DNA of 64,000 bases from an uncultured virus (IMG/VR IMGVR_UViG_3300032167_004205). Taxonomy: Duplodnaviria; Heunggongvirae; Uroviricota; Caudoviricetes. This document shows, piece by piece, positions 34,932 through 44,925 of this stretch (the first letter of the stretch is position 1; each line of letters opens with the position of its first letter). The notes under the pieces were generated by a model. That model did no database searches and was not told where the DNA came from. It saw only the letters and a program-made list of their open reading frames with translations. The position numbers were made by a program, and so were the translations under genes. The stretch is from the IMG/VR virus record IMGVR_UViG_3300032167_004205, one strand, 5' to 3'.

Positions 34932-35614
34932 CGGTGATCAAGTCTATCTCCTATGACCAGTCTGAGATCATCAAAAACATTTTAAAGCTGTATGTTCCTG
35001 ATGAACGCATCGACGTCGACAGCACCTACAGCAGGGGTTATTTCTACAAAAACACTGGCATCGCGGAGCCGCGATACAAGTTTGACATTTCCCCGCAAAG
35101 CGAATCTGTTTCGTTCGGAGACAGCCGCAACCTTCCACTCCCTGGCCAAAGTGTGCAGTGCATGATGTTTGACCCGCCGTTTTTGGCCACAACGGGGAAA
35201 TCGCTTAATGAGGACACAGGAAATATCATCAACCGCCGTTTTGGTGTGTATGCCAGTGAACACGCGCTGCATCAGTTTTATGTAGACAGCCTAACTGAGG
35301 CACATCGTGTGCTCAAACCAAACGGCATCTTGATTTTCAAATGCCAGGACAAGGTCAGCAGTGGAAAGCAATACATGAGCCATGTATTTATCGCAAACGC
35401 CGCTGTAAAGGCCGGATTTTATCCGAAAGACCTGTTTATTTTGCTTGCCAAATCCCGCTTGGTGGCCAACTGGCAGGCCAAAAACCAAAAACACGCACGG
35501 AAATACAATGCTTACTTTTGGGTTTTTGAGAAATCCAGTAAGCGAATACAGTACTTAGCCGAAAACACTTGCGAGAGCGGTTCAGTCGTTCCAGGAGCCA
35601 TCCACGCAAACTAA
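34928..35614 (+). CDS. Amino (N6-A/N4-C) DNA methyltransferase
   Basis: D.TYS.G SAM-binding-like motif, FDPPF catalytic motif, EAHRVLKPNG. Confidence 0.85.
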   Translation: MTVIKSISYDQSEIIKNILKLYVPDERIDVDSTYSRGYFYKNTGIAEPRYKFDISPQSESVSFGDSRNLPLPGQSVQCMMFDPPFLATTGKSLNEDTGNIINRRFGVYASEHALHQFYVDSLTEAHRVLKPNGILIFKCQDKVSSGKQYMSHVFIANAAVKAGFYPKDLFILLAKSRLVANWQAKNQKHARKYNAYFWVFEKSSKRIQYLAENTCESGSVVPGAIHAN

Positions 35615-35632
35615 CTTTCTGGAGGAATGACC

Positions 35633-36949
35633 ATGCCAATCAATATCAATAACTATATCGCGTCAGGCAATCCCGCCTTATACGCCGGTCCCATCCTATT
35701 CCGCCAAGGCAGAGCAGACACGCCTTTACTGAGCATGATCGGGAACCGCAGACGCACCACAAATTCCGAAATTTTCATTGTCGGCCAGCACTTTGCATCA
35801 CCAGTCGCGGGTGACAGCGTTGTGTCCGAGACACAATCGGCAACAGAAATCCCTGATTTCGCGCCTATTGGCCGTAAGCAAACGACAAATGTCACGCAAA
35901 TTCATACGAAATCCATTGCCTGGACGGACTACGGCACAGGTAACCGTGGGCTGTTAAACGGTCCGAACCTTGCCAACCAACAGGGCAATCCCAATTCGGA
36001 AGTAGACTTCCAACGCGCACACAAGGCTCTTGAGCTGGCTCAGGACATTGAATATGCCATCATCAACAGCAAATACCAGTTCCGCGACGGAAACAACAAC
36101 ATTGCCAATCGCACACGCGGTCTACTTGACTCCATCAAGACCAACGTCATGGATCTACGCGGTAATGAAATGAGCTGGCAAGTCCTGAACGAAATGCTAA
36201 TCGCCATGGCGGACAATGGTGCACCATCCACAGACCTCATTTTAGGCTGTAACGACATCACTGCTACGCAACTTGCTATCGAGGCGAAAGCCGAACACTT
36301 CGAGATTGTAACCGGATTAAGTGCTGTCAACGGCATCGCTGTAACCGAGATCCACACTGTCCGCGGTGTTGTTCGTCTTGTGAACCTTCGCTATCTTCCG
36401 GACGGCACGGCACTGCTTTTGAACATCGGTGCACTCTCCATCGTAGAGCAACCGTTCCAGAATGGTAACTGGAACTGGATGCGCATTGGCCGTCAAGCCG
36501 CATCCGAAGTGGAAATGTTGGCTGGAGCATGGGGGTTAGATTGTGGGTACGAAGGTCTTCATGGGGTCTTTACGGGCATAGCAACTTCCTACTCTCCATA
36601 CACAGGGACTAAGGTATTCATCGCCAATCAGTCTGTGGAAACTACGGAAGTTGGCGCTACGCTGGATAAAGTCGTCCTTGGTGCAGCACAAGTCGGTGTG
36701 GCAACGGCTGATTTAGGTCTGACATACAACACGGAACCTACTGAGGAACCAATCCTTGCCTACCAGTGGAAAATAGGAAGCTCCACTTCTGGCCTATTTT
36801 ACGACATCGAAGGGGCTACGGATGCTACCTATACGCCTACCGAAGACCAAGTTGGTAAATACCTCAAAGTCGAGGTCGTTTCAACTGGTGGCGCTGTCGG
36901 TCAAGTACTTTCCAACGCTCGTAAAATCGCTGCTGCTGACGGCGAATAA
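35633..36949 (+). CDS. Major capsid protein with C-terminal Ig-like extension
   Basis: TPLLSMIG, NVTQI, L.ELAQDIEYAIIN and TRGLL.SI motifs (DUF5309/SU10-like); C-terminal YQW...IEGAT.ATYTPT.D.VGKYLKVEV. Confidence 0.85.
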   Translation: MPININNYIASGNPALYAGPILFRQGRADTPLLSMIGNRRRTTNSEIFIVGQHFASPVAGDSVVSETQSATEIPDFAPIGRKQTTNVTQIHTKSIAWTDYGTGNRGLLNGPNLANQQGNPNSEVDFQRAHKALELAQDIEYAIINSKYQFRDGNNNIANRTRGLLDSIKTNVMDLRGNEMSWQVLNEMLIAMADNGAPSTDLILGCNDITATQLAIEAKAEHFEIVTGLSAVNGIAVTEIHTVRGVVRLVNLRYLPDGTALLLNIGALSIVEQPFQNGNWNWMRIGRQAASEVEMLAGAWGLDCGYEGLHGVFTGIATSYSPYTGTKVFIANQSVETTEVGATLDKVVLGAAQVGVATADLGLTYNTEPTEEPILAYQWKIGSSTSGLFYDIEGATDATYTPTEDQVGKYLKVEVVSTGGAVGQVLSNARKIAAADGE

Positions 36950-36963
36950 GGGAGTGACCGAGG

Positions 36964-37290
36964 ATGTCTCAGCTGGAAAAACTGAAATTGTGGCTGCCTG
37001 ACGTTGCCGATGACACGTTAATGGAGTCTGCTCTTGAACGAGCCAAGCTGATTATCCTCGAACTTCGCTTCCCTTTTGGTTATTCCGATGGTCAAGACCT
37101 GGAACCTCAATACATGGGGCTTCAGGTCGAAATGGCCATTGAATTGATTTCCAAAATGGGCGCGGAAGGCGAAACGGCACACAGTCAAAGCGGCGTGTCA
37201 CGTACTTATGAAAATGCCGGCATCTCAGATAGCCTAAAGCGTCGGGTCGTGCCGGTGGCCAAAGTGGTGATATACGATGCGGGATCTTAG
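36964..37290 (+). CDS. Head-tail connector
   Basis: K.GAEGE..HS.SGVSRTY motif; position after the capsid gene. Confidence 0.85.
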   Translation: MSQLEKLKLWLPDVADDTLMESALERAKLIILELRFPFGYSDGQDLEPQYMGLQVEMAIELISKMGAEGETAHSQSGVSRTYENAGISDSLKRRVVPVAKVVIYDAGS

Positions 37291-37630
37291 GCGAAATCAG
37301 CTGCAGATCTATTATGCGTTGCGCAAACTTTCCCTTGATACCGATGAATGGGGCAACACCCATGAGGTAAAGGGCTATACATCTCCGATTCCTCTGGCTA
37401 TTTGTATCTCGGCAAATAAAGGCGAAGCAGAAGCTCAGGCCTTTGGCGCCGATCTGCAATATGACCGCGAGATGGTCACTCATGACCTATCATGCCCCAT
37501 CGATGAATACTCCCGCCTGTGGTTAGATGGGCGCTCCATTGAGGAAACGCACAATTTTGAAGTAGCTGCCGTAAGTAAGTCCCTGAACTGTATTCGGTAT
37601 GCCATAAGGCGGGTGAATGTATCCCGATGA
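37277..37630 (+). CDS. Head closure protein
   Basis: Synteny; ISANKGE....FG....YD motif. Confidence 0.7.
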   Translation: MRDLRRNQLQIYYALRKLSLDTDEWGNTHEVKGYTSPIPLAICISANKGEAEAQAFGADLQYDREMVTHDLSCPIDEYSRLWLDGRSIEETHNFEVAAVSKSLNCIRYAIRRVNVSR

Positions 37631-38127
37631 GGAAAGTCATCAAGGTGCGGCTTGACCCCCATAGCATCGCCAATGCGGTGACCGAACTGAATGAGTACAA
37701 AGCGGACCTGGAACGGCGCATCCGACTCCTGGTCGAGACATTAACCGACCGTGGCGCGGATATCGCCCGAGCGAAAGTAGTTGAAATGGACGCCGTTTAC
37801 AGCGGAGATCTACTGAAGTCTATTAACAGCTATCTATTTTCTTTCGGTAAGAATCCGGTGGGATTTATCCGGGTCAATGCGGAGTACGGCATATTTGTCG
37901 AGTTTGGCACGGGAATCGTGGGGAAAACCAGCCCGTATCACCCCGCCCACAGCGCGTTCGATTGGGAGCATGACGTACATGATCACGGAAATGCCGGGTG
38001 GTTCTATCCCGGTGACGATGGAAAGGCTCATTGGACAAAAGGCCAGCCAAGCCGTCCGTTTCTGTACGAAACGGCACTGCGGCTGAAGCAAGAGTTTCCG
38101 AAAATCGTCAAGGAGGTGTTTGGATGA
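37627..38127 (+). CDS. HK97 gp10-like tail completion protein
   Basis: SG.L..SI, Y..FVEFGTG and T.GQP.RPFLY motifs. Confidence 0.85.
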   Translation: MRKVIKVRLDPHSIANAVTELNEYKADLERRIRLLVETLTDRGADIARAKVVEMDAVYSGDLLKSINSYLFSFGKNPVGFIRVNAEYGIFVEFGTGIVGKTSPYHPAHSAFDWEHDVHDHGNAGWFYPGDDGKAHWTKGQPSRPFLYETALRLKQEFPKIVKEVFG

Positions 38128-38522
38128 TCGACCACGAAAATCGGATTTTCGATGCGGTCTCCGAAGCCTTGCGAACGGCATTTGACCCAATTTTTATAAC
38201 AGGCGTCGAACTGGTGAACACCCCTCCCCAGTTCCCCGCCGTATCTATCGTCCAGAAAAACACAGAGGTCAACACGCGTTATTCCACATTTGACCGGGTG
38301 GAGAATGTGACCTCCGAAGAATATGAGTTTGGTGTTTTTTCCAATCTGGAACGTTCGAGGGATGCCAAAGAACAGACCAAGGCCATTGTGTCTGTCATTG
38401 ACGGGGTGATGGCCAATCTGTATTATCCCCGAACTTTCTGTCAGTTGATTGCCAATGCTGACACTACAATCACCCGCCGTATAACACGATACGCAAAAGA
38501 CCATGTAACGACGGAGGTATAA
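38124..38522 (+). CDS. Tail terminator
   Basis: Synteny; P.FPAVSI motif; GGAGGTG RBS before ATG 38124. Confidence 0.7.
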   Translation: MIDHENRIFDAVSEALRTAFDPIFITGVELVNTPPQFPAVSIVQKNTEVNTRYSTFDRVENVTSEEYEFGVFSNLERSRDAKEQTKAIVSVIDGVMANLYYPRTFCQLIANADTTITRRITRYAKDHVTTEV

Positions 38523-38524
38523 AA

Positions 38525-38995
38525 ATGGCTGGAATTGCTCTTTCTACAGCCGGTGTGAAGGTGTGGTACGCCGTTGAGGAAACGGCCAACACTCGCCCGA
38601 CCGCCGGCTATACACATATATCGGATTTAAAAGAAGTTCCTGACTTCAACCCAGAACCGGAGACCCATGAGGCCACGGATTTAGAGGAAACAGAGTACAA
38701 GTTCTATGTTGCCGGTTTAAAGGATGTCGGCGGTGCTCTTGGGTTCCTGGCCAACTTCACGGAAGCTCTGCAAACTCAGTGGGAAGGTATTGTGGAGGCT
38801 TATGAAACTGGTATTACATCTCAAAAGCGTATGTGGTTCCAGATCAGCCACCCCAAACTGCCGAAAGCGGTATTCTTCACCGGTGAACCCGCTGCCATGG
38901 GGCTTCCGGGTATTGCTGTAAATGGTGTATTGGAAACCACTGTATACATCACGCCGACCAGCGCTCCCATCTGGGAAACCAAAGTTGATCAGTAA
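38525..38995 (+). CDS. Major tail tube protein
   Basis: EVPDF..EPET.E.TDL......YVAGLKD.GG motif. Confidence 0.85.
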   Translation: MAGIALSTAGVKVWYAVEETANTRPTAGYTHISDLKEVPDFNPEPETHEATDLEETEYKFYVAGLKDVGGALGFLANFTEALQTQWEGIVEAYETGITSQKRMWFQISHPKLPKAVFFTGEPAAMGLPGIAVNGVLETTVYITPTSAPIWETKVDQ

Positions 38996-39012
38996 GAATG
39001 GAGGCTACGCCG

Positions 39013-39336
39013 ATGGCGACGAAAATCACGTTTTCTTATGAGGGCAAAGATTATTGCCTTGAATATACCCGTAAAACGGTTAGACAGATGGAAGAACAGG
39101 GGTTCGTGGCCTCTCGTATCGACACAGCACCTATGACCATCCTCCCCGACCTGTTTGCCGGCGCTTTCAAAGCTAATCACAGGTTTACGGACCGTGCGGT
39201 GATCGACGCGATTTATGACAAGATGCTGGACAAAAAATCGCTGATTGATACCCTTGCCCAGATGTATAGCGAACCTATTCAGGCCTTAACTGCTGACGGT
39301 GACGAGGGAAACGGCATCGCGTGGGCGACGAACTAA
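39013..39336 (+). CDS. Tail assembly chaperone (G)
   Basis: Lies between tail tube and tape measure genes; ends with slippery G GGA AAC. Confidence 0.8.
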   Translation: MATKITFSYEGKDYCLEYTRKTVRQMEEQGFVASRIDTAPMTILPDLFAGAFKANHRFTDRAVIDAIYDKMLDKKSLIDTLAQMYSEPIQALTADGDEGNGIAWATN

Positions 39337-39728
39337 ACAGCGTCGACCCACACCCACCCCAAACATTCTCGGAAATATTCGATGAGCACTTCCCTTTTTA
39401 TCTGTCCATCGGCATGTCTTCAGCGGAATACTGGGAAGGCGACCCTTCCCTCCCCCGTTATTTCCGCAAGGCATTTCAAATGCGACAAGAATATGAAAAC
39501 AACCAAGCCTGGCTCGAAGGCTTGTATGTGTATGATGCCGTGAGCTCCGCTTTGACGCACCTCAGCCCAAACAAGAAAGACCACCGGAGCTATGCCGAGA
39601 AACCGTATTCCTTTAACTCCTCCGCTGCTGCCGCGCACGAAGAGGCAAAAGTCGAAGAGGCGCAGGCGCAAGCCGAAATGTGGCTGAAATCCTGGGCCGC
39701 GGCAACACAAAAACAGTTCCGTTCCTGA
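39306..39728 (+). CDS. Tail assembly chaperone extension (T) via -1 frameshift
   Basis: The -1 frame from GGGAAAC (39306-39312) is open through YLSIGMS..EYW.GD to 39728. Confidence 0.75.
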   Translation, partial: GKRHRVGDELNSVDPHPPQTFSEIFDEHFPFYLSIGMSSAEYWEGDPSLPRYFRKAFQMRQEYENNQAWLEGLYVYDAVSSALTHLSPNKKDHRSYAEKPYSFNSSAAAAHEEAKVEEAQAQAEMWLKSWAAATQKQFRS

Positions 39729-39759
39729 GCCAGAATTGGTTATCGGGAGTTGATCATAA

Positions 39760-42300
39760 ATGGCGCTAACCATTGAAAACTTGGAGATCCAGATTGAGGC
39801 CAATGCCACCAGAACAGCTTCCGGCATCGATGCCCTGACGCGTGCGCTTGAAGATCTCCGGATCGCTGTGAGCGCTCTGACCCCGCAGCTCTCACAAGCC
39901 TCAATGACATTAAGAAACATGGGCAATAGGAACGTTCCACAGGCGTCCAGGTCCTTCAATAACCTCGGAAAATCGTTTACCAAAGGCCTTGCTAAAATAA
40001 CAGCCTTTACCCTCGGAATGGACAGGCTGACCGATATTTTTGCGGATGCCTTCAATGAAAGTAACGAATATATCGAGAGTCTGAACCTGTTCCGCGTGAC
40101 CATGGGTGAAGGTGCCGATTCGGCTATGGAATTTGCAAATAAAATTGAAGATTTGATGGGAATTGATATCTCCGAGTGGATCACCAACCAAGGTGTATTC
40201 ATGCGAATGGCGACCGGATTTGGTGTTTCTGCCGATAAGGCCGAACTGATGAGCCAGAACTTGACCCAATTGGGATATGACCTGTCTTCTTTCTTCAATA
40301 CGGATATCGACACAGCGATGCAGAAACTCCAGTCCGGTATGACCGGGCAAATTAAGGGTCTGAAAGCCTTTGGTTACAACTTGTCTGTGGCTGCCCTGCA
40401 GGAAACCGCGTTTGCCCACGGTATTGAGCAGAGCGTCCGCACGATGACCGAGGCGCAAAAAGCGCAACTGCGGTACATCACGCTGATTGAGAACTCCAAC
40501 GGTATTATGGGCGACATGGCCCGGACGCTTATCACCCCAGCGAACGCCATGCGTATCCTGTCAGCCCAACTGGTTCAGCTGAAACGTGCATTGGGTAACA
40601 TCGTTTCCGTCATCGCCACTCAGGTCATCCCTTGGGTGCGGGCTTTTGTGGAAATCATGACCGAAGCGGCGACCGCCCTTGCACATCTTCTTGGGTTCCA
40701 ACTTCCGGAGATCGACTATTCCGGTATGGATAACATTGGCTCCGATATCGAGGATGGCCTGGATGCCGCAATCGGCAGCGCTAAAGAATTGAAACGACAG
40801 CTGTTAGGCATTGATGAGTTGACTATCTTGGACAGCCCGAATTCTGGTTCCGGCGGGTCTGCCCTGGGCGGCGACTTAGGCATTGAACTACCTGAGTACA
40901 ACTTTCTCGATGGCCTTACGGAGCGCACGGATGAAATCAAAAAACGATTGAAAACCATCCTGACGCTTGCGGGATTGATCGGCGCCGCATTTTTAGCTTG
41001 GAAGTTCGGCGGTGCATTCCTCTCTGGCCTAAAGGACGTAGCAACTGCCCTGGGGTATCTGCTGGGTATCACCCCTACCGTGTTGACGCAAAGCCAATCG
41101 ATGATAGCTTCCTTCCTGAAGTTTGGAGCTGTAGCCGCCGTGATTGGTACTATCGCTCTGCGGTTTTTGGACCTGTATACCAACAGTGAACAATTTCGCG
41201 TTGGTGTAAAACGTGTGGGCGAGGCCTTGTCCGGTGTTTTCGGTTTTGTGAAAGCTATTCTCGTGGATGTTTGGGGTGTACTAAAAGATATTGGCCTTGC
41301 TGTCCTTGATATGCTCCCTGACAGCGTGAAAAATTACATTCTCGGTGCTCTAAAGGAGATTCAGGGATGGATCACCACACTGGATCTGGACTGGAAAGAC
41401 CTATTGATTACCATTGCCGGCCTTGGTCTGATGTTCGTGCCGGGTGGACAAATCCTCGGCATTGTGTTGCTGGCCTTTGAAGGCATCACAGTCGCGTTGC
41501 GAACATTAGGCCTCGTTTCTGACGAAACCTGGATGAAGATCAAATCCGCTGCCACCACTGTCGCAACCGCCGTGAAAGACTTCTTTATTGCTTGCCTGCA
41601 AGGGGTCATCAATTACTTTGTAGGCACATGGACCATGGATTGGCGACAAGCATGGGACGGCCTGAGCATTATTGCGGGTGCTGCTCTCGACCTGATTGGT
41701 ACCCTGACCGAGACATTATTCGGTGTGAATATTGTCAATGTGGTCAAAAACTGGTTCGAAAACCACGTGAAGCCATGGTTTACGGTCGAAAAGTGGTCCG
41801 AGCTGGGCAACAGCGTTAAACAGGCCATCAAAAACGGAGTCAATGGTGCTATCGGTGTACTGAACCAGTTTATCGACTGGTGCAATAGGAAACTGAGTAT
41901 CACCATCCCGTCTATTTCCATCTTGGGCGAGACCATCACCAAAGCCAAGACCTTTCGGCTGTTCACGATTCCAAAAATCCCAACATTCGCAGGCGGGGGT
42001 TTCCCTTCTCAGGGTGAAATGTTTATCGCCCGTGAAGCCGGTCCTGAGCTGGTAGGTCGTATCGGCAGCAAAAGTGCCGTGGCCAACAACAGCCAGATTG
42101 TTGATGGGATTTCCGCCGGTGTACGTAACGCTAATGAAGATGTCGTGAATGCTGTTTTTGCGGTGGCTCAGCAGATTATTGGAGCCATCCGTGAAAACGG
42201 TGGCGATATCTACCTGGACGGCTCAAAAGTCGGTCAGAAAACCACCGAGATCCAAAACCGCCGAAACCGTATGTACGGCAAGGCGTTGAACAACGCATAA
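39760..42300 (+). CDS. Tape measure protein
   Basis: 846 aa, helical, W-spaced repeats, FAGGG...EAGPELV C-terminal motif. Confidence 0.9.
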   Translation: MALTIENLEIQIEANATRTASGIDALTRALEDLRIAVSALTPQLSQASMTLRNMGNRNVPQASRSFNNLGKSFTKGLAKITAFTLGMDRLTDIFADAFNESNEYIESLNLFRVTMGEGADSAMEFANKIEDLMGIDISEWITNQGVFMRMATGFGVSADKAELMSQNLTQLGYDLSSFFNTDIDTAMQKLQSGMTGQIKGLKAFGYNLSVAALQETAFAHGIEQSVRTMTEAQKAQLRYITLIENSNGIMGDMARTLITPANAMRILSAQLVQLKRALGNIVSVIATQVIPWVRAFVEIMTEAATALAHLLGFQLPEIDYSGMDNIGSDIEDGLDAAIGSAKELKRQLLGIDELTILDSPNSGSGGSALGGDLGIELPEYNFLDGLTERTDEIKKRLKTILTLAGLIGAAFLAWKFGGAFLSGLKDVATALGYLLGITPTVLTQSQSMIASFLKFGAVAAVIGTIALRFLDLYTNSEQFRVGVKRVGEALSGVFGFVKAILVDVWGVLKDIGLAVLDMLPDSVKNYILGALKEIQGWITTLDLDWKDLLITIAGLGLMFVPGGQILGIVLLAFEGITVALRTLGLVSDETWMKIKSAATTVATAVKDFFIACLQGVINYFVGTWTMDWRQAWDGLSIIAGAALDLIGTLTETLFGVNIVNVVKNWFENHVKPWFTVEKWSELGNSVKQAIKNGVNGAIGVLNQFIDWCNRKLSITIPSISILGETITKAKTFRLFTIPKIPTFAGGGFPSQGEMFIAREAGPELVGRIGSKSAVANNSQIVDGISAGVRNANEDVVNAVFAVAQQIIGAIRENGGDIYLDGSKVGQKTTEIQNRRNRMYGKALNNA

Positions 42301-42309
42301 ACGGAGGTA

Positions 42310-42678
42310 ATGCGCATGATCCTCGATATCGACGGTGTAGACATTACCCCCTACATCGCATATGGCGGCGTACAGTGGCAGCGCTCTGACGTGGACGGTG
42401 AGGGCGCGGGTCGTGACCTGAAAGGCGACCTGCGCCGAAATCGTGTGGCAACGAAGCGGCGGTTGGATATCACTTGCCGTCCGTTGAAATCCAAGGAAGC
42501 ACAGACCGTATTGACCCTTATCATGCCGGAATGGGTCACGGTACGCTACACCGACCCCCAGGCGGGAGTGGTCACACGAAAGATGTACGCCAATAACCAC
42601 CCTGCTTCTTTCTTGATGGTGAAACCGGACGGAACAGAATGGTGGACTGGAATCACATTTCCGCTGATAGAGGGGTGA
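42310..42678 (+). CDS. Distal tail-like protein
   Basis: Follows the tape measure gene; D.DG..AGR...G.L.R.RVA.K motif. Confidence 0.7.
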   Translation: MRMILDIDGVDITPYIAYGGVQWQRSDVDGEGAGRDLKGDLRRNRVATKRRLDITCRPLKSKEAQTVLTLIMPEWVTVRYTDPQAGVVTRKMYANNHPASFLMVKPDGTEWWTGITFPLIEG

Positions 42679-42683
42679 TTTAA

Positions 42684-43304
42684 CTGGGCTATCAGTACAA
42701 GTTTGATATCGCGGGCATTGAGTATGGAATGTCCGACGTGGCTGCGGTCAAACTGGAGCATCCCCTATTTGATAAATTGTCTGTCGGCAATACCTGTTCG
42801 GCAGAGCTGGATATCACGTTCTGGCCAAAAGGTGATATCCCCAAAATGGCGAAGATTGTTCCTTGGGTACTTTTGGAGGACAGTACCTGGTATCAGCTTG
42901 GCGTGTTCTGGACGGACACCCGGATACAGGTGGGCGATAAGCTGAACATCATCGCATACGATGCCATGATGCGGGGTGATATCGTGTGGGTTCCCGACCA
43001 GTCTTTGGTTTTCCCGATGGCTATGCCCCAAGCAGTGCAAGTCATTTGTGATTTGATGGGGGTGGAACTGGACAGCCGAACGGTGCTGAACAGCGCTTAT
43101 ACCATCGACTATCCGGCGAACGACTGGACGCTGCGGGACGTGCTGGGCTTCATCGGCGCGGCCCACGGCGGCAACTGGATCTTCACCAACGCGGGTAAGT
43201 TGCTGTTGGTGCCGCTGTTCGATAGTATGCCCGAGGAAACCCACTACCTGGTGGACGAGGACGGCGACCCCATCACGTTTGGAGGTGAACGCATCCTGGT
43301 ATGA
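42684..43304 (+). CDS. Baseplate/tail protein (possible CTG start)
   Basis: SVGNTCSAEL and TLRDVLGFI motifs; the frame is open from CTG 42684 behind a GAGGGGTG RBS. Confidence 0.65.
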   Translation: MGYQYKFDIAGIEYGMSDVAAVKLEHPLFDKLSVGNTCSAELDITFWPKGDIPKMAKIVPWVLLEDSTWYQLGVFWTDTRIQVGDKLNIIAYDAMMRGDIVWVPDQSLVFPMAMPQAVQVICDLMGVELDSRTVLNSAYTIDYPANDWTLRDVLGFIGAAHGGNWIFTNAGKLLLVPLFDSMPEETHYLVDEDGDPITFGGERILV

Positions 43305-44764
43305 ACAATAAGCACATTGTAGGAAAGCGTGTTTCCTCTTTTGAACTTTATGACAAGCTCGGTCCGATCACCGGAATTGCCCTGCTTCTGGATGATGAAA
43401 ACGAGCTGATCGCCGGTGACGATACCGGCTATATGCTAGAGGTCAGTTGTCCTTATGGCACACAGACTATGGCGGACAACCTTCTGACAAAGTTGCAGGG
43501 CAAAACATATCAAGGGTATCGGGCCGAAAACGCCATCCTCTCCCCTACTGCCGAGCTGGGTGACGGCATTACGGTCAACGGCATCTATTCCCTTCTGGCC
43601 TATCGGGTCGTGAACTTTGGCCCCGGCCACATGAGTGAGATTGCCGCACCGGGCGAAAGCGCTCTGGAACATGAATATTCGTGGAAAAGCCCTGAAAAGA
43701 AAGAGTTCGACCGCAAGCTGGCCGAGACCCGAAGCCTGATTTCCAAGACGGCTGAAGAGGTCAAAATCTCGGTAGAGGAACTGAACGGCAAATACACCGC
43801 CCTTTCGGTGACGCTGGACGGTGTGACCATCACCGACCCGGACGGCACCACCAAAATCAAGGGAAGCAGCATTGAGACCGACAGCCTTTATGTGAACGCC
43901 GCGAATATCACCGGAAAACTGACGGCCAGTCAAGTGGAGATCGACCTTTCGGGCAGCATCAAATGGACAGACCTTTCTGCCGATGTGCGGAACGAGATCA
44001 ATGAGGCTTATTCTCTGGCGGCAGACGCCGAGGCCGCAGCAGCTGACGCCGCCGACACGGTGGACGGCTGGCGGTACAACGGCGGCACTTACATCGACGG
44101 CAATATGCTGATGACCGGCACGGTCAAGGCCTCTGAACTGCTGGGCGGCACGGTTGGCCTTTTGACCAACAGAGAGGTCCTTGCCGGCGGCATTGACATC
44201 ACCGGCGCCACCTCCAGTGGCTTTGCAATCGAGCTGTATTCTGATGGCGCTCTGCGACTGGAGGCCTATGACGGCGCGGCCTATCTGGGGTCGAACGAAG
44301 GGGCCAGCATTGAGGTTTCCGACCGTATCTGGATGAACGACCATATGTACCCCAGCGACCCGGAGGCCTATAACTGCGGCAACAACAACTATCCCTGGGC
44401 CATGGTAAGCGCCGTGGACGTTTATGTGGACGGCACGGCGGTGACCTCTGACCGAAACAAAAAGCACGATATTTTTTACGGTCTGGACGGTTACGATGCT
44501 CTGTTTGACGCGCTGCGTGCTGTGGGCTACAAGCTGAACAACGGCAAATCCGACCGGGTGCATATCGGCATGATCGCACAGGAAGTGGAAGAAGCTTTGC
44601 TGCTCTGTGGGCTGACCAACCAGGACTTTGGCGCCGTGGTTCGAGAAATCGCAGAGGACGGCACCGAGCGGTATTTCCTTCGTTATATGGAGTTTATCGG
44701 TCTTCTGATCGACCAGGTGCAGAAATTAAAGGCCCGCGTGGGGCAACTGGAGGCGAGAGTATGA
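43301..44764 (+). CDS. Tail spike/fibre with C-terminal intramolecular chaperone (peptidase S74-like)
   Basis: TSDRNKK.DI...HIG.IAQEVE...LRY.EFI..LI..VQ motif. Confidence 0.85.
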   Translation: MNNKHIVGKRVSSFELYDKLGPITGIALLLDDENELIAGDDTGYMLEVSCPYGTQTMADNLLTKLQGKTYQGYRAENAILSPTAELGDGITVNGIYSLLAYRVVNFGPGHMSEIAAPGESALEHEYSWKSPEKKEFDRKLAETRSLISKTAEEVKISVEELNGKYTALSVTLDGVTITDPDGTTKIKGSSIETDSLYVNAANITGKLTASQVEIDLSGSIKWTDLSADVRNEINEAYSLAADAEAAAADAADTVDGWRYNGGTYIDGNMLMTGTVKASELLGGTVGLLTNREVLAGGIDITGATSSGFAIELYSDGALRLEAYDGAAYLGSNEGASIEVSDRIWMNDHMYPSDPEAYNCGNNNYPWAMVSAVDVYVDGTAVTSDRNKKHDIFYGLDGYDALFDALRAVGYKLNNGKSDRVHIGMIAQEVEEALLLCGLTNQDFGAVVREIAEDGTERYFLRYMEFIGLLIDQVQKLKARVGQLEARV

Positions 44765-44925
44765 GCACCAAACAGGTAAAAGAACACATGGACAAGGCCT
44801 ATGCCTGGCTGAGCAAGATCCCTGTCAGCGGAGAGGCGGTGGACGCCATGGCCATGGCCCGACAGGAGCTGCGGGCGGCCTTTAAGCTTTTGCCAGAAGA
44901 AAAAGAGGTGAAGAAGGATGGCTGA
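44761..44925 (+). CDS. Small tail-associated hypothetical protein (54 aa)
   Basis: ATGA overlap, GGAGG RBS; MSTKQVKEHMDKAY... Confidence 0.6.
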   Translation: MSTKQVKEHMDKAYAWLSKIPVSGEAVDAMAMARQELRAAFKLLPEEKEVKKDG

